Made by a program: the position numbers and the translations under genes. The notes under the pieces are model-generated. The model searched no databases and was not told the DNA's origin. It saw only the letters and a list, made by a program, of their open reading frames with translations. A stretch of DNA of 61,782 nt, filler included, from Chiloscyllium plagiosum (taxonomy: Eukaryota): the NCBI RefSeq assembly GCF_004010195.1. It is 6 parts of one record of this genome, joined end to end, with 100 filler letters (N's around TTAATTAATTAA, not from the genome) between each part and the next. Parts side by side here need not be neighbours in the genome. Positions count along the whole stretch, not along the records: positions 35,406 to 47,841 come from NC_057716.1; positions 47,942 to 54,725 come from NC_057716.1; 4 more parts are not named here. One strand, 5' to 3'. This document shows positions 38,022 through 51,094 of this stretch, piece by piece; positions within the stretch are counted from its first letter, which is position 1; every line of letters starts with the position of its first letter.

Positions 38022-38170
38022 GGGAACAGGAGAATCGACGTTTCAGGCGTAAGCCCTTCTTCAGAAAACGTCGATTCTCCTGTTCCCTGGATGCTGCCTG
38101 ACCTGCTGCGCTTTTCCAGCAACACATTTTCAGCTCTGATCTCCAACATCTGCAGACCTCACTTTCTCCT
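38022..38170. mobile_element. Fold-back PLE-terminus mini-element with 15-bp flanking duplication
   Basis: CATATCCCCCATCAA (38007-38021) and CATATTCCCCATCAA (38171-38185); inverted left arm carries CTGAAGAAGGGCTTACGCCTGAAAC on the minus strand. Confidence 0.8.
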
Positions 38171-39129
38171 CATATTCCCCATCAAACAAGAGGAACCACT
38201 GTCTTTCAACTGAGAATTCAGGAGTACATGCCTGGAACAGCCGAATGAATACTTAAAACCGAGATGTCACTCTGGGGAATTTCTCAAAGAGGAGTGTTTG
38301 TGTGCAAACCAGCAGGAGCAGCACGTGATAGATAGAGAGAAGCAATCTGATAAACAGCAGAACCGCTCTAACACCTGCAGTACAGTCACATCCAAACGTG
38401 AATGAAGTTAGAGCACAGCTAGATTTCTGAGGACATTTCGGTTCATCATATTAGTCAAATAAAATGGCAGACGAAATTGATTGTCATGAAACGCAAGCCT
38501 GTTTGATATTTATACTTTTGCAGCTCATGTTCAATTAAACAAATATGGCTTATTTAAGTAATGCTCACCTACAACGCACTGTAACAGCTAAGACAATTAA
38601 AATCTGTTGTGTTGAGATAATAATAATTTTAATTTTTTTCAAACAGTGATGTGACTTGAGTATAATTGAAGAAGTTGATTCGTAGGCAGCTGAGATTTTT
38701 TAAAATCTGAAGTTAATTTTGGCTAAGTTAATAAACACACGGTATGGAATCCCCATCCAATGCAGTGCAGAACCAGTTCCATGTGGGAAATCGAGGACAC
38801 TCCCGTCTGAGGAGCAACCACAAGAACAGGGACATGACACTAGAACTGTCAGGAACACTAGTTTGACAACAGCTTTAATACTATACGGGGTTTTGGTTCC
38901 CACATTCCAAAATAGATGTGATCACGTGATAGAGGGTACATCAGAAGTTTTCCAAGATTGGAGAATTTTGCTCTGAGTAAAGATTAGATAGGCCGGGGAT
39001 GTTTTAAGAGGAGAATGAGGTGAAATTTAATTGAAGTCATAAGATAATGAAAAACCCAGTCAGAGTGGATTAGACGTAGGTATTCATTAGCAGAAAGGTT
39101 CCCAATTGGAGGTTATAGATTGAAAGTAA

Positions 39130-40865
39130 TTGTTGTGGGTCTGTTCGACGAGCTGGGAATTTGTCTGGCAAACGTTTCGCCCCTGTCGAGGTGACATCCT
39201 CAGTGCTTGGGAGCCTCCTGTGAAGCGCTTCTGTGCTGTTTCTTCCCGCATATATAGTGGCCTGTCTCTGCCGCTTCCGGTTGTCAGTTCCACCTGTCCG
39301 CTGTAGTGGGCGGTATATTGGGGCCAGGTCGATCTGTCTGTTGATAGAGTCTGTGGATGAGTGCCATGCCTCTAGGAATTCCCTGGCTGTTCTCTGTTTG
39401 GCTTGCCTATAATTGTCGTGTTGTCCCAGTCGAATTCATGAAGCTTGTCATCTGTGTGTGTGGCTACTAAGGATAGTTGGTCGTGTCGTTTCGTGGCTAG
39501 TTGGTGTTCATGGATACGGATCGTAAGCTGTCTTCCTGTTTGTCTTATGTATTGTTTTGCGCAGTCCCTGCATGGGATTTTGTACACTATATTTGTTTTG
39601 CTCATGCTGGGTATCGGGTCCTTCGTTCTGCTGAGTTGTTGTTTGAGAGTGGCTGTTGGTTTGTGTGCTGTTATGAGTCCTAGTGGTCGCAGTAGTCTGG
39701 CTGTCAGTTCGGAGATGCTCTTGATGTATGGTAGTGTGGCTATCCTTCGGGTTGCGGCATGTCCTCGTTCTGTTGTCTTTCCCTTAGGCATCTGTTGATG
39801 AAATTGCGAGGGTATCTGTTTTTGGCGTATATCTTGTATAGGTGTTCCTCTTCCTCTTTTTGCAGTTCTGGTGTGCTGCAGTGTGTTGTGGCCCTTTTGA
39901 ATAGTGTCTTGATGCAACTTCGTTTGTGTGTGTTGGGATGGTTGCTTTCATAGTTTAGAACTTGGTCTGTGCGTGTGTGGCTTTCCTGTAAACATTTGTG
40001 GTGAATTCTCCGTTCGGTGTTCTCTGTACCATCACGTCTACGAATGGGAGTTGGTTGTCCTTTTCTTCCACTCTAGTGAATCGGATTCCTGTGAGTGTGG
40101 CGTTGATGGTCTGGTGTGTGTTCTCTATTTCTGTGTTTTCAATTATTACAAAGGTGTCATCAACATATTTGACCCAGAGTTTGGGTTAAATTTGCGGTTA
40201 GATTGTTTGTTCTAACTTTTGCATTACTGCTTCTGCTATGAGTCCAGAGATCGGTGAGCCCATGGGTGTTCCGTTTTTTTGATCTGGTTGTTGAATGTGA
40301 AGTGTGTTGTGAGGCACAAGTCCAGTAGTTTAAGTATGCCGTCTTTGTTGAGAGGTTCAACGTCCTGTTGTCTGTTATGTCTGTCCAGCAGGTTGGCTAT
40401 TGTTTCTCTGGCGAGGATTTTGTCGATAGAAGTGAACAGTGCCGTTCCATCGAATGAGGACCATAGTTTCTTCCTTGTCTATGTGTATATTTCTGATGAT
40501 GTCCAAGAATTCCTGTTTCGATTGTATAGATTGTCTAGATCCGTGTTTCAGTTTCTGCTGTAGTTCTTTAGCCAGTTTGTGTGATGGTGTCCCTGATAGT
40601 GATACCCTGGGTCTGAGTGGGATGTCTGGTTTGTGCACTTTGGGTAGTCCATAGAATCTGGGGTGTTGTTGCTTCCAGGTTTCATTCTTTGTAGGTCAGA
40701 CCTGGTTATCTGTCCGTTTTTTTGTAGATTCCTCAGTGTGTTGTTTATCCTATTGGTGAGCTGTGGGGTGGGGTCAAACTTCCTCTTTTGGTAGGTGTTG
40801 GTATCTGCAAGTAGTTGTTGTGCTTTTTGGATGTACTCTGCTTTGTCCAGGATGACCGTCAGATT
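39130..40865 (-). mobile_element. Penelope-like element (RT + GIY-YIG), decayed
   Basis: HKPDIPLRP, TPMGSPISGLIAE, YVDDTF, NIVYKIPCRDCAKQYIRQTGR...RIHEH; hammerhead-like CTGAGGA-stem-GAAACGTT at 39203-39171. Confidence 0.9.
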
Positions 40866-40879
40866 GTATGGATCTGATC

Positions 40880-41360
40880 AGCGGATTTCCATTTCTTGCG
40901 GTTGCAGGGTAAGGTGCCGGGAGTGGAGATTGGGTTGGTGGGGGGTGTGGACCTGACAAGGGAGTCACGGAGTGAGTGGTCTTTTGGAACGCTGATTGGG
41001 GAGGGGAGTGAAATATATTCCTGGTGGTGAGGTCCGTATGGAGGTGGCGGAAATGACGACGGATGGTATGATGTATATGGAGGTTGGTGGGGTGGTAGGT
41101 GAGGACCAGTGGGGTTCTGCCCTGGTGGCGATTGTGGGGGGGGGTAGATCAAGGACAGAGAAGCGGGAAGTGGAGGAGGTGCGGTGGAGAGCACATCTGG
41201 GGGGGCGAAATTGCGGTCTTTTAAGAAGGAGACCATCTGGATTGTTCGGCATTGGAACTGGTACTCCTGGGAGCAGATGCGGCAGAGACGAAGGAATTGG
41301 GAATATGGAATGGCGTTTTTACAGAGGGCAGGGTGGGAGGAGGTGTAGTCTAGGTAGCTC
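40880..41360 (-). mobile_element. Fragment of a second PLE family (RT C-terminus/linker)
   Basis: Decayed CKNAIPYSQFLRLCRICS and PLVLTYHPTN motifs. Confidence 0.7.
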
Positions 41361-41529
41361 TGTAAGACACTAAACCTACACGTCTGTTTCAGGATCTAAT
41401 GTAAAATCACACAACGCCAAGTTATTGTCGAACAGGTTTATTTGAAAGTACATGCTTTCAGAGTGATGTGTTTAAATCAGATTACTCATGGAGCAGGTTC
41501 ATAGGACACAGGATCATCAGTAAAATAAG

Positions 41530-43310
41530 GAAGGGATCATTAAATGTGCCATCAAGCAGCATCTGGTCAGAAATCATTGGCACAGTCCGATCGGGTTTCG
41601 CCAGAGGCACTCAGCCCCTGATCTCATTTCAGCCTTAGCTGGACAAATGAGCTGAATTCCACAGGTGAGGTGAGAGTGACAGCCCTTGATATCAAGGCCG
41701 CCTTCGACCGAGGATGGTATCAACGAGCCCTAGCAAAACTTACCAATGGCGGTCAGGTGGCAAATACTCTGCTAGTTAGAGGCATATCGTGGCACAAACG
41801 TTGGTCGATATTGGTGTAGAGGGGCCGTCATCTCGGAGCTAGGACATCCCTGCAGGAGTCCTTCAGCGTACTGTCCTCGGCCCAACAATCTTAAGTTGCT
41901 TCATCAATGACCTTTCTTCTCTTATAAGTTCAGAAGTGGGGATACTCGCCGATGATTGCATAGTTTTCAGCATCTTTCGCAACTCCTCAGATATTGAAGC
42001 AGTCCGTGCTCAAATGCAATAAGGTCTCAACAATATCCAGACTTGGGTCAACAGTTCGTATGTAGCATTCATGCCACCCAAATGCCACACGATCACCATC
42101 ACCAATGAGAGACACTCTGACCACCGATGCCTTGACATTCAAATGTCTCTTTGGGACTGTCAGGAGGTGAGTTATTTGCTTCAGTACCCCGAGTCACGGA
42201 CCTGTTCTTGTAGCCGTTGTGTTTTTTATGGTGAGTTCATCCCTGGATCTCCCGCTGTCGTAATCCTGGGTTTACTAGAAATTCAACTAGACTCACTATA
42301 AAAACACAGTGGCTACAAGAACATGTCAGCGAATCTGGATACTGTCTCAATTAAATCACCTCCTGACACCCCAAAGTCTATCGACCATCTTCCAGGCACA
42401 TGTTAACAGTGTGATGGAATACTCCTCACTTGCCTGGATGGGTGCAGCTTCAACAACAATCCGGAAATTTTACGCCATCCAGTTCAAACCAACCCGCTTG
42501 ACTGGCACGACATTCGCAAGCATTCATCCCCTTCACCACCGACAATCATTCACAGTAGCGTATTACATCTACAATATGATCTCGGGAAATACACCAAAGT
42601 TTCTTCAACACAACATTGCTAATACGTAATCACTTCCACTTGGAAGGACAGGGCAGTAGGCACTCGGGAGCGTGTTGGTGACGATTCGCCACGGCAGATT
42701 CGCCACCAATGATTAGCCACTTCCGGTTTGCCACCAGCTTTTCACCACTGAGGTCGTTTGAGCTGTGGAGAGTATTCGCCACTGGAAATATATATATGTA
42801 CAGATTGTTTCTCCCCCGCGTGTTCTTTCTTGCTTCTCAGTCCCGTTTATTTATACACGTACATACTACATATTGATAAAAATAGGGGTAAAATAAATAT
42901 CATTTTGTTGGATTATATAGAAAAATGAGTGACAAATACTTGCGGTGGCGAATCGTCTTCAGTGGCCAATCGGCGGTGGCTAAGCGTCCTCGGCGGTGAA
43001 AAGGCAGTGGCTAATTGGCAGCAGCGAATCTGCTGGAGCGAATGGTCCCATCTCTCTTGGGAGCACCACCATCTGCAAGTTCCACTCCAAGTCACTCACC
43101 ACACTGACTTGGAAATATATCGCCGTTCCTTCAGGCTTTGGGACAAAATCCTTTATCTCCCTCCATTCCAGTATTGTCACTGAACCCACATTAGGTGCAC
43201 TTCAGCGATTCAAGGAGTCGGTTCATCATCACGTTCTCGAGGGCAAATAGGAATGAGCTGACGTTGCTTGCCAGACAGAGATGCCCAAGTCCCTCAAATG
43301 AATAGAAAGA
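41530..43310 (+). mobile_element. Old CR1/L2-group LINE (RT to 3' end) with nested insertions
   Basis: ALDIKAAFDR, AGVLQRTVLGPTILSCFINDL, LADDC, VNSVMEYSSLAW; many stops. Confidence 0.8.
42672..43055. mobile_element. Non-autonomous fold-back DNA transposon (MULE-like MITE)
   Basis: 9-bp TSD CTCGGGAGC (42663-42671) / CTTGGGAGC (43056-43064); imperfect TIRs built of ATTCGCCAC subrepeats; AT-rich core. Confidence 0.7.
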
Positions 43311-44254
43311 CACCAGAATTGAGAGTAAAAGATCAATTCAATGCATCAATGCATCTTGATGTGCCCCTTTTCTCCTGAACGCCCTCCTATTGACCTAAAG
43401 ATTCATTCTTCGTTGGCAGATCTTTCCTGATCATTAACCAATACTTTTGTTTTAGTATCACCACACGAACACCGTTAGATTCCCACTGAAACCCAATGCA
43501 TGCCAAAGAATGAAGTGAATTGGACATTGCCATCCATTCAGAAACATTACCTTTTTGAGTGTTTTGAGCACAAAACCACGCGACCAATCTTGTTTCCTCC
43601 TCTCGTATTTGCACATGTTACTGAATGTGATGTTTGAACGATCTTGCCTCTAATATCACATGAACAGAACATTGTTCTTCTATCAAACATTTCTAGCAAA
43701 AAAAAACTATCAATTACGTTTTACCTTTCCAATATTGTGATAAACGAATGGACTTCTGAATAAAGGAGGACTCACCTTCTTTCTTTTACCTCCCGGGTTA
43801 ATTCCAACATGCCTACTCCGTCATTTCAACAAACATTGAATTACTACCCTTGTCTGGCTGCGTTTTATTCACGTCTGAACATATCGAATTTCGTTTTAGA
43901 AGACTGTGATCAGTCATGGACAATCTTTTGCCATTTCCAAAATCCCTCAGCCCATCATGTTATAGTTCACAGCAAACAACCAAACCCGATTTGGATACAA
44001 GGCGACAGGAAGTTTGTTTAATTTTCATATTTCATTTTTTTTCATTCCAAAACTTCAGTTTGCACGAATGTTGAGGAATTTTTTTCTTCCTGAATCATGT
44101 CAACAGCACAGGGATCCGATGGGAAGGTTCATTCTGGAAGATTTGTACATTTTCTTGACACAACTCACTTGACACTGTCCTGACATTAAGTAGGGAGCTG
44201 AGAACTGATGGGAGGAGGATGCAGAAACTGTGGTGGAGTACGATAAATGATTGA

Positions 44255-44750
44255 GGGAAATGTGATGTAGTGACTTACGCACTGTCGGATATTGTGACTG
44301 AGGGATATGGGATCTCGTGTCAAAGTGGCAGTGGAATGTAGTAACTGAAGCGAAGTGGGATGTAATGAGTTGGAAGAGCGGAATGTATTAAGTGAGGAAC
44401 GAATGAGATATAGACTGACGATTATTGAGCCTCGTGAATAATCGGGCTGGGATGTAGTGACTCAGGGGAGTGGTATAAGTGGACTGGGATGCAATGAGTG
44501 ATGGGGACTTGAATTCAGTGAATGAGGCGAGTGGGATGTCGTGACTGTGGAGAGTGGGATGTAATTACCAAGGTGGTGTAGGATGAAGTGACTGAGGGAG
44601 AGTCGAATGTCGTAACTGAGGGAAGTGGGCTGTTGTGACTGAGATGAAGTAGGATGGAGTGGCAGAATTAAATGGGGTGTGGTGACTGAGGGAGATTCGG
44701 ATGTAGAGATTTGCGAAGTGTACTGTCGTGACCGAGAGGAATTACTGAGG
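44255..44750. repeat. Old degenerate ~23-bp minisatellite
   Basis: Recurring GGGATGTAGTGACTGAGGGAG-like unit. Confidence 0.7.
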
Positions 44751-45289
44751 GTATTTGCAGGGAATAGTTTGCCCTAGATGAAGTACTTAGCTTTGATGTA
44801 ACTTCTGGAATATTAGAATTCAGATTCCAGCATCCCCTCCCCACACCAGCACCCACCACACAATGTGCTGTCGCAAGGGAAAGGGCTCTGTTCCCAAGAG
44901 CAAGTTAATCTATTGACTGTATTAGCTCCTGCTTCCACGGTGCATGAACGACTGCGTCGTTCATACACGTAGAATGCACATCCAGACCTCGTGAACCATT
45001 CCCTCTTTAACCTCACACTTCAGCTTCGGTCCACCTCTTCGTGAGATGGTGACAACTCAGGACTGAATGGATCATGGACAGGAAGTTGCATTCTATTCTG
45101 TCTGATCTGCTCTATATAACCTGTAGGATTCATGTCAGTACCTCTACGATCCAATTCTGAAGGACGTTTCACAACACAGAATGATTTTGAGCATAGGCAG
45201 CGAATCAAAGACTTCGAAATCGTTGTGGGGTATTTCAGTCTCTTAAGCTCAGTCCACTGCTGCCCGTCTCTTACTTCTATTCTTATCTG

Positions 45290-45665
45290 CTGTCATATCT
45301 GTCGCTTTCTGTATCTCTCTGTGGGTCAGTCTCTCTGTGCATCACTTACTCTGCCTCTCTCTCTCTGTTTGTTCCTCTATCTCACTTCATCTGTCTCTGT
45401 CTGCCCGTCTATCTTTCTGTATATTTGTCTCTCTAACTGTCTCGCTCTATTTGTTTGTGCCTCACCGTATCTATCCCTCTGTTTTCTCTATGCATATATC
45501 ACTCTCTCCGTTTGACTCTCTGCCTTTCTCTCCATCTATCCCCATGAACTCTCAATGCCCGCTTAACACTATCGCGATCTCTCTCTGTCTCTGCCTCCAT
45601 GTGTCTCTATCACTGTCTGTTTGCCTGCCTCTCTCTGTGTGAGTGTGTGTTGTCTGTCTGTCACA
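45290..45665. repeat. CT-rich low-complexity tract
   Basis: Degenerate (TC)n/(TCTG)n. Confidence 0.8.
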
Positions 45666-45939
45666 CCACATTCCACAAACACCCTTTTGTCTCCCTTTAC
45701 TTCTATTCCTCACTTCCTTACCCCACATCGAGCAGATTACCCATGATCACTTTTGACCTTTACTGTCTCAATTTGAAACAGTCTTCTTTCTCGTTATTTC
45801 TCCCCGTCATTCGTCTGTTTCTGTCTGTCTCACTCTCGGAGGAGGGGTCACTCGACGCCACCGTTAACTCTGATTTACCTCCATAGATGCTGCCAGAGCT
45901 ACAGAGCTTTCACAGCAACTTTTGTTTTATTTCCCTCCA

Positions 45940-46790
45940 AATATTTCCAGTTCATGTAATTTCCCAAGTGTTTTTCTTTAACTGCTGCAGCAGCAATTAG
46001 ATCCACAAATTCCTCTGGCAATTTGCACGACATGCAAGCCACTCTTCGTGCAAAAGCTTTGCCCCTCTTGCTCTTTGTGAAATGTTCTCCCGTCACCTTA
46101 AAAAAGTTTCGCCCAATTTTGATTTATCCAAAATTAGGATAAGCAAAGCCCTGCTGTTCACCTAATCCATGACCCTCTAATTTTATGAACCTCGATAGGG
46201 TCACCCATCATTCTTCCATGACACAGTGAAATAAGTCCCATGCAATCCAGCCCAAATTTGAAAACTAACAACCTCCAGTCCCGGCAACATAATGGTGAAT
46301 CTTTTCTGAATCCTCTTCCATTTAATAATGTTCTTCCAGAAGCAGTGCGACCAGAACACCACAAAGACATCCAGAAGATGCTTCACAACTTCCAGTATAC
46401 CCACGACATGTTGTCCCTAATCCTGTAGTCAGTGGACTGTGCCATGAAGACAAGCATGTCAAATGTTCTCTTTACCACGTGTTTATCTGTGACGCAAATT
46501 TGAATGAATGATGCAGCTGAAACCCGGAATCTCACTGTTCTACCACCTTAGTCAGGGATCTACCATTAATTATGCATGTCCTACCGATGGTTGTTTTACA
46601 AAACTCAATTCCTCGCAATGACCCAAATTGAATTCCATCTGCTACTCCTCGGATCATTCTACAATTGGTCCAGATCCATTTTAAAACTGACAAAACCTTT
46701 TTCACTGTCCAACATAACAGCGATTTCTGTGTCGTCCGCCGAACTAACCATACCACATTTTATGTTTCGTCCAAATCGTTTATATAAACG
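45940..46790 (-). mobile_element. Old CR1 fragment
   Basis: ADDTEI, FWSHCF, RIQKRFT and GDPIEVHKI remnants. Confidence 0.75.
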
Positions 46791-47487
46791 AAAAACGTTC
46801 TTCGATAAGTGAACGCATGCTCTGCGTGGCATCACTCTGCAACATAAATCAGCCAACCTCCATAGAGACCATTCAACAACACATTTTAACATTCATGTTA
46901 CACAGAAGATGCAGATAACTGGCAGCCACTGAAGATAGAAATATATAGTATATTAGCGAAAAAAAGACCTTCAACTTATCAATTTGCTCTCGGACAATAA
47001 CGGAAAAATTGTCCTGTCACCTTTCGAGATAGTGACTCCCATTTTCCAACAAACCATTTGATGAAAAGATTTTTCCTCAGGCATCCTCTAAGCCTTCTGC
47101 AGCGATTTATGCCCCTGTGACTGATCCCTGCATCAAGTGGAAAACTTTCATCTTATCCTCTATGTCAAACCCCTCAGAATTTATTTTATAGATCTCTTTC
47201 ATTTCCCCGTCTCAATTTAATCTGCATTGAGGACAACGAGCAGAGCGTGTCGAAATCTCTTCATACCAGAAACTCTCCAGCCCCAACAAACATTCTGCCA
47301 AATATTTTTTGTACAAACTCGAGTAAAAACACATATTTCTCATAATGTGAATTCCAGCTCTGGATGCAATGATGCAGACGTGGCCTACCTCACATGTCCG
47401 AAACTGTGCACACTTCGAGATAACTACAGTGTTCAACTTCTGTGTTCATCTCAGGGCTCATCTTAGTTTCATGATCTTAATCAATTT

Positions 47488-48110
47488 TAGAATTATCCCC
47501 ATTTTTCTATCCTGGATTATCCCCATTACCCCATCCTGAATTATCCCCGTTACCCCATCCTGAATTAAATCCATTTTTCTATTCTGAATTATCCCCATTT
47601 TTCTATCCTGAATTATCCCCATTACCCCAGACTGAATTGTCCCCATTACCCCATCCTGAATTATCACCATTTTTCGATCCTGAATTATCCCCATTACCCC
47701 ATCCTGAATTATCCCCGTTACTCCATCCTGAATTATCACCATTTTCCCATCCTGAATTATCCCAATTACCCCATCGTGAATTGTCCTCATTACCCCATCC
47801 TGAATCATCCCCATTTTTCTATCCTGAATTATCCCCATTACNNNNNNNNNNNNNNNNNNNNNNNNNNNNNNNNNNNNNNNNNNNNTTAATTAATTAANNN
47901 NNNNNNNNNNNNNNNNNNNNNNNNNNNNNNNNNNNNNNNNNATTACCCACCTGAATTGTCCCCATTACCCCATCCTGAATTATCCCCTTTAACCCATCCT
48001 GAATTGTCCCTAATGCCCCATCCTAAATTGTCCCCATTACCCCATTATGAATTGTCCCCATTACCCCATTATGAATTGTCCCCATTACCCCATCCTGAAT
48101 TGTCCCTATT
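47488..48110. repeat. 24-bp minisatellite spanning a scaffold join
   Basis: Unit TGAATTATCCCCATTACCCCATCC on both sides of the 47842-47941 join. Confidence 0.9.
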
Positions 48111-48654
48111 TCCCATCCCTTTGATGCCCATCTTGACAAATCTAGTCAGAAGGAGAGTTGAATCTCTTTGTGTGCCAGGGTATGTGGAGCTGGTGGATGA
48201 ACCTGAGATGGATAGAAAGACAGAATGGACTAAGACCGAGAGTTGTTGACCTGTTATCGACAATTAATGGTTCCCCATCTTCTGTTCTGTGCCACTCAGA
48301 TGGTTTTACATTCATGTGAGGGAAGCAAATGTCCTTCTATTTACTTGTTCCCAGACCTTACACCAACAAAGGTAAACAGAACTTGCATTTTCATCTCTTT
48401 TACAACTTCAGGATATTCCATATTGTCAATGAAGCACTTTAGAAGCACAGTTACCATTGAGGTGCAAGAAATCTGGCTGCCAATTTGCATACAGCAAGAT
48501 CCCACACAACGCTATGTGATCAGGACCAGAGGTGCTTTTGCAGTGATGTTGATTGAGGGATAAACATTGGCTTAGGCCCCAGCAGTAACTCCCCTGCACT
48601 TAATTGAAAAAGCAACAAGGGATCTCCAGCATCCATCGCTGAGTGAAAATGGTG

Positions 48655-48990
48655 AGACAGTGGCATGATGGCTCAGTGGTTAGCACTGCTGCCTCACAGT
48701 AACAGGGACCCGGGTTCAATTCCACTCTCGGGCGACTGTACACATTCTCCCCGTGTCTGCGTGTGTTTTCTCCGGGTGTTCCGGTTTCCTCCCACAATCT
48801 AAAGATGTGCAGGTTAGGTGGATTAGCCATGCTTAATTGCCTGTAGTGTTCAGGGACGTGTAGGTGAGGTGCATTAATCAGGGATAAATGTAAAGTAATA
48901 CGGTAGGGGAATGGGTCTGGGTGGGTTACTCTTTGGAGTTTCGGTGTGGACTTGTTGGGCCGAAGGGCCTGTTTCCACACTGTCAAGATT
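48655..48990 (+). mobile_element. Full-length HE1-type V-SINE inserted in a SacSINE-like element
   Basis: tRNA-derived head with A box TGGCTCAGTGG and B box GGTTCAATTCC, V-domain and CR1-like tail. Confidence 0.85.
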
Positions 48991-49989
48991 CTATGAATCC
49001 TGTCTGAAAGATGGCTCTCCTGACAGAACATTCTCTCTGTGTACTGTGCTGGAGAGTTGACCATGATCTTTGTCCTCAAGTCTCTAGAGTGCGACTTGAG
49101 CCTGTGACCTACTGAGTCAGAGGTTGGGATGTTTCCACTGAGGGCAACAGCTTTTAAAAAGCTTTAAGGACAGCAGTGTGCAGCTTGTGTGAACTTTATC
49201 TCACCTCACAGGCAAATGACAGCTCTGATGTCTGAGTGCCTTTTCCCTCCTGGTTAAGCAGGTTGGGTGAATGCTCCGTAATATTTTGGAATGGTGCTGA
49301 AGGTAGCTCCAACTCTGCTTTGTAATGACACACTGGGGGAATGTTATGCTGTAGGAGTTACTGCCTGTCCAGTGAGACATTCATCTGCCTTCTAAGTGGC
49401 TTCACTTTAAGAAGTGAATTCATTGCCTGTTAAGCTGCGTGGAATGTTGGAGGTCATGGAAGGTGCTGTACAAATGCCAGATTGTTTTTTCTTTTTAAAA
49501 GTTTTCCAACTGAGGTTGCTCAGAAATGCAATTACTCCAGTGGAGTGCTTCAAGCGGAATTGATTTTCAAGCTAATGTTTCAGCCGTGTGGAAGGAAGTT
49601 CTCTCAGATTTCTCTGAACCCACTGCAGCAGAAATATTTTATAGATTCCAGAGGGGGTAAAAAAAAAAATCAATAATTGTTGTTCATCTCACATCCATGG
49701 CAATCTTCTGCTGCATTCCATTCGCTTATGCTGAGTCGATTTAAAGGGGCACTGCTCACCAATCAGTTTGCCCAGGCTCTCCACCTCACATCAGTGCTAA
49801 AGAGACACTTGCATTTTATAGAATCTTTCATAACTACAGCACATCTTCAAATGCCTTACAGCTGATGAAATACTTTCAGAAGTGTCGTCGCTGGTGTAAT
49901 ACAGGGGCAAACCACAGCCACTTTGCACTCGGCAAGCTCCCACAGGAAGCAATACGGTCATCACCAGATTGTCTGCGGTTTTCTTTTGC

Positions 49990-50460
49990 AGAGTCATAGA
50001 GATGTACAGTACAGATACAAACCTTTCGGTCCAACTCGTCCATGCTGACCAGATTTCCTAAAATTAATTAGTCCCATTTGCCAGCACTTGGCCCATGCAG
50101 GTCGCTCTGCTATAACGTGCATTTTGTTAATGCGAATTCTGTTATGCGATTGACAAATTGGGGATGCTGTTTCTAAAATGTGAGGTTTCTATAACACAGG
50201 CTTGCACATGAACACAACCGTCACATTACAGAAGATCTACCTGTATCCCTCCAAACCCTTCCTATTCATTAACCCATCCAGATGTCTTTAAATGCTGTAA
50301 TTGTACCAGCCTCCACCATCTCCTTAGGCAGCTCATACCATATGTGTACCACCCTCTGCGTGAAAAGGTTGCCCCTCAGGTCCCTTTTAAATTTTTCCCC
50401 TCTCCCCTTAAACCTATGCCCTCCAGTTTTAAGCTCCCCTAACCATGGGGAAAAGACCTG
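49990..50460 (-). mobile_element. CR1 3' fragment
   Basis: GHRFKGRGEKFKRDLRGNLFTQRVVHIWYELP plus the standard 3' UTR. Confidence 0.85.
50098..50243. mobile_element. Tigger/pogo-like MITE nested in CR1
   Basis: Imperfect TIRs CAGGTCGCTCTGCTATAACGTG / CAGGTAGATCTTCTGTAATGTG; TA on the right, TG on the left; CR1 sequence resumes on both sides. Confidence 0.7.
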
Positions 50461-51094
50461 TGCTTGGCTTAGCATTTGGATAGGGGCTTTTTAATGTGTT
50501 TTTTTTTGGGACGTGGACATTGTAAACAGGCTGAGCAAAGGACAAGGCAATCTGCCATGGTGACATGTGTGTAACAAGCCTCTCTGATGGGAATACCGAA
50601 AGTAAGCTGCCACTGTCTGTCTTATTGAAGTGATGAGGAAGGCTCGTTGGCATTTCATCTGATAACTCCCTCGGTGTGGAGGCCTGTGAAAGGCTGCAGA
50701 CATTTTGGAGTGAGTGCTGTGCTATTTACGGTCAGGATTTCTCTGCAGCATTGAAAGTGTTCACTACAACCAGCTTGTTCGAAGTTGGATGTTCAGCAAA
50801 GGGAGCAATAAGTCCAAAGTGCTGAGCCATGATGAACATTGAACATGACAGGTCGTGTGCGTGATCAAGATTTCTCCACATTGTGACCGAATTATCACTC
50901 AGTGAAAAGTCTCAAATAAAGTAGACGGAACAAACATACTGTTAAAAATATGTTTGACTGTTTCACCAATTTTTATACAGGAAAATGCATACACTATGTT
51001 TATATGGAATTTGGAATGTAGGAGGTAGACAAAAAGATTTAGAACTTCTGTGTTAAAGAGCAAATGTTGGCCAGAATGCCAGAGAGACCTCTAC

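Noticed and set aside
47458..48110. Repetitive ORFs (PELSPLPH)n / (GIIQDGVM)n
   Set aside because: Translation of a 24-bp minisatellite.
48660..48725. tRNA-like sequence
   Set aside because: It is the tRNA-derived head of an HE1-type SINE, not a tRNA gene.
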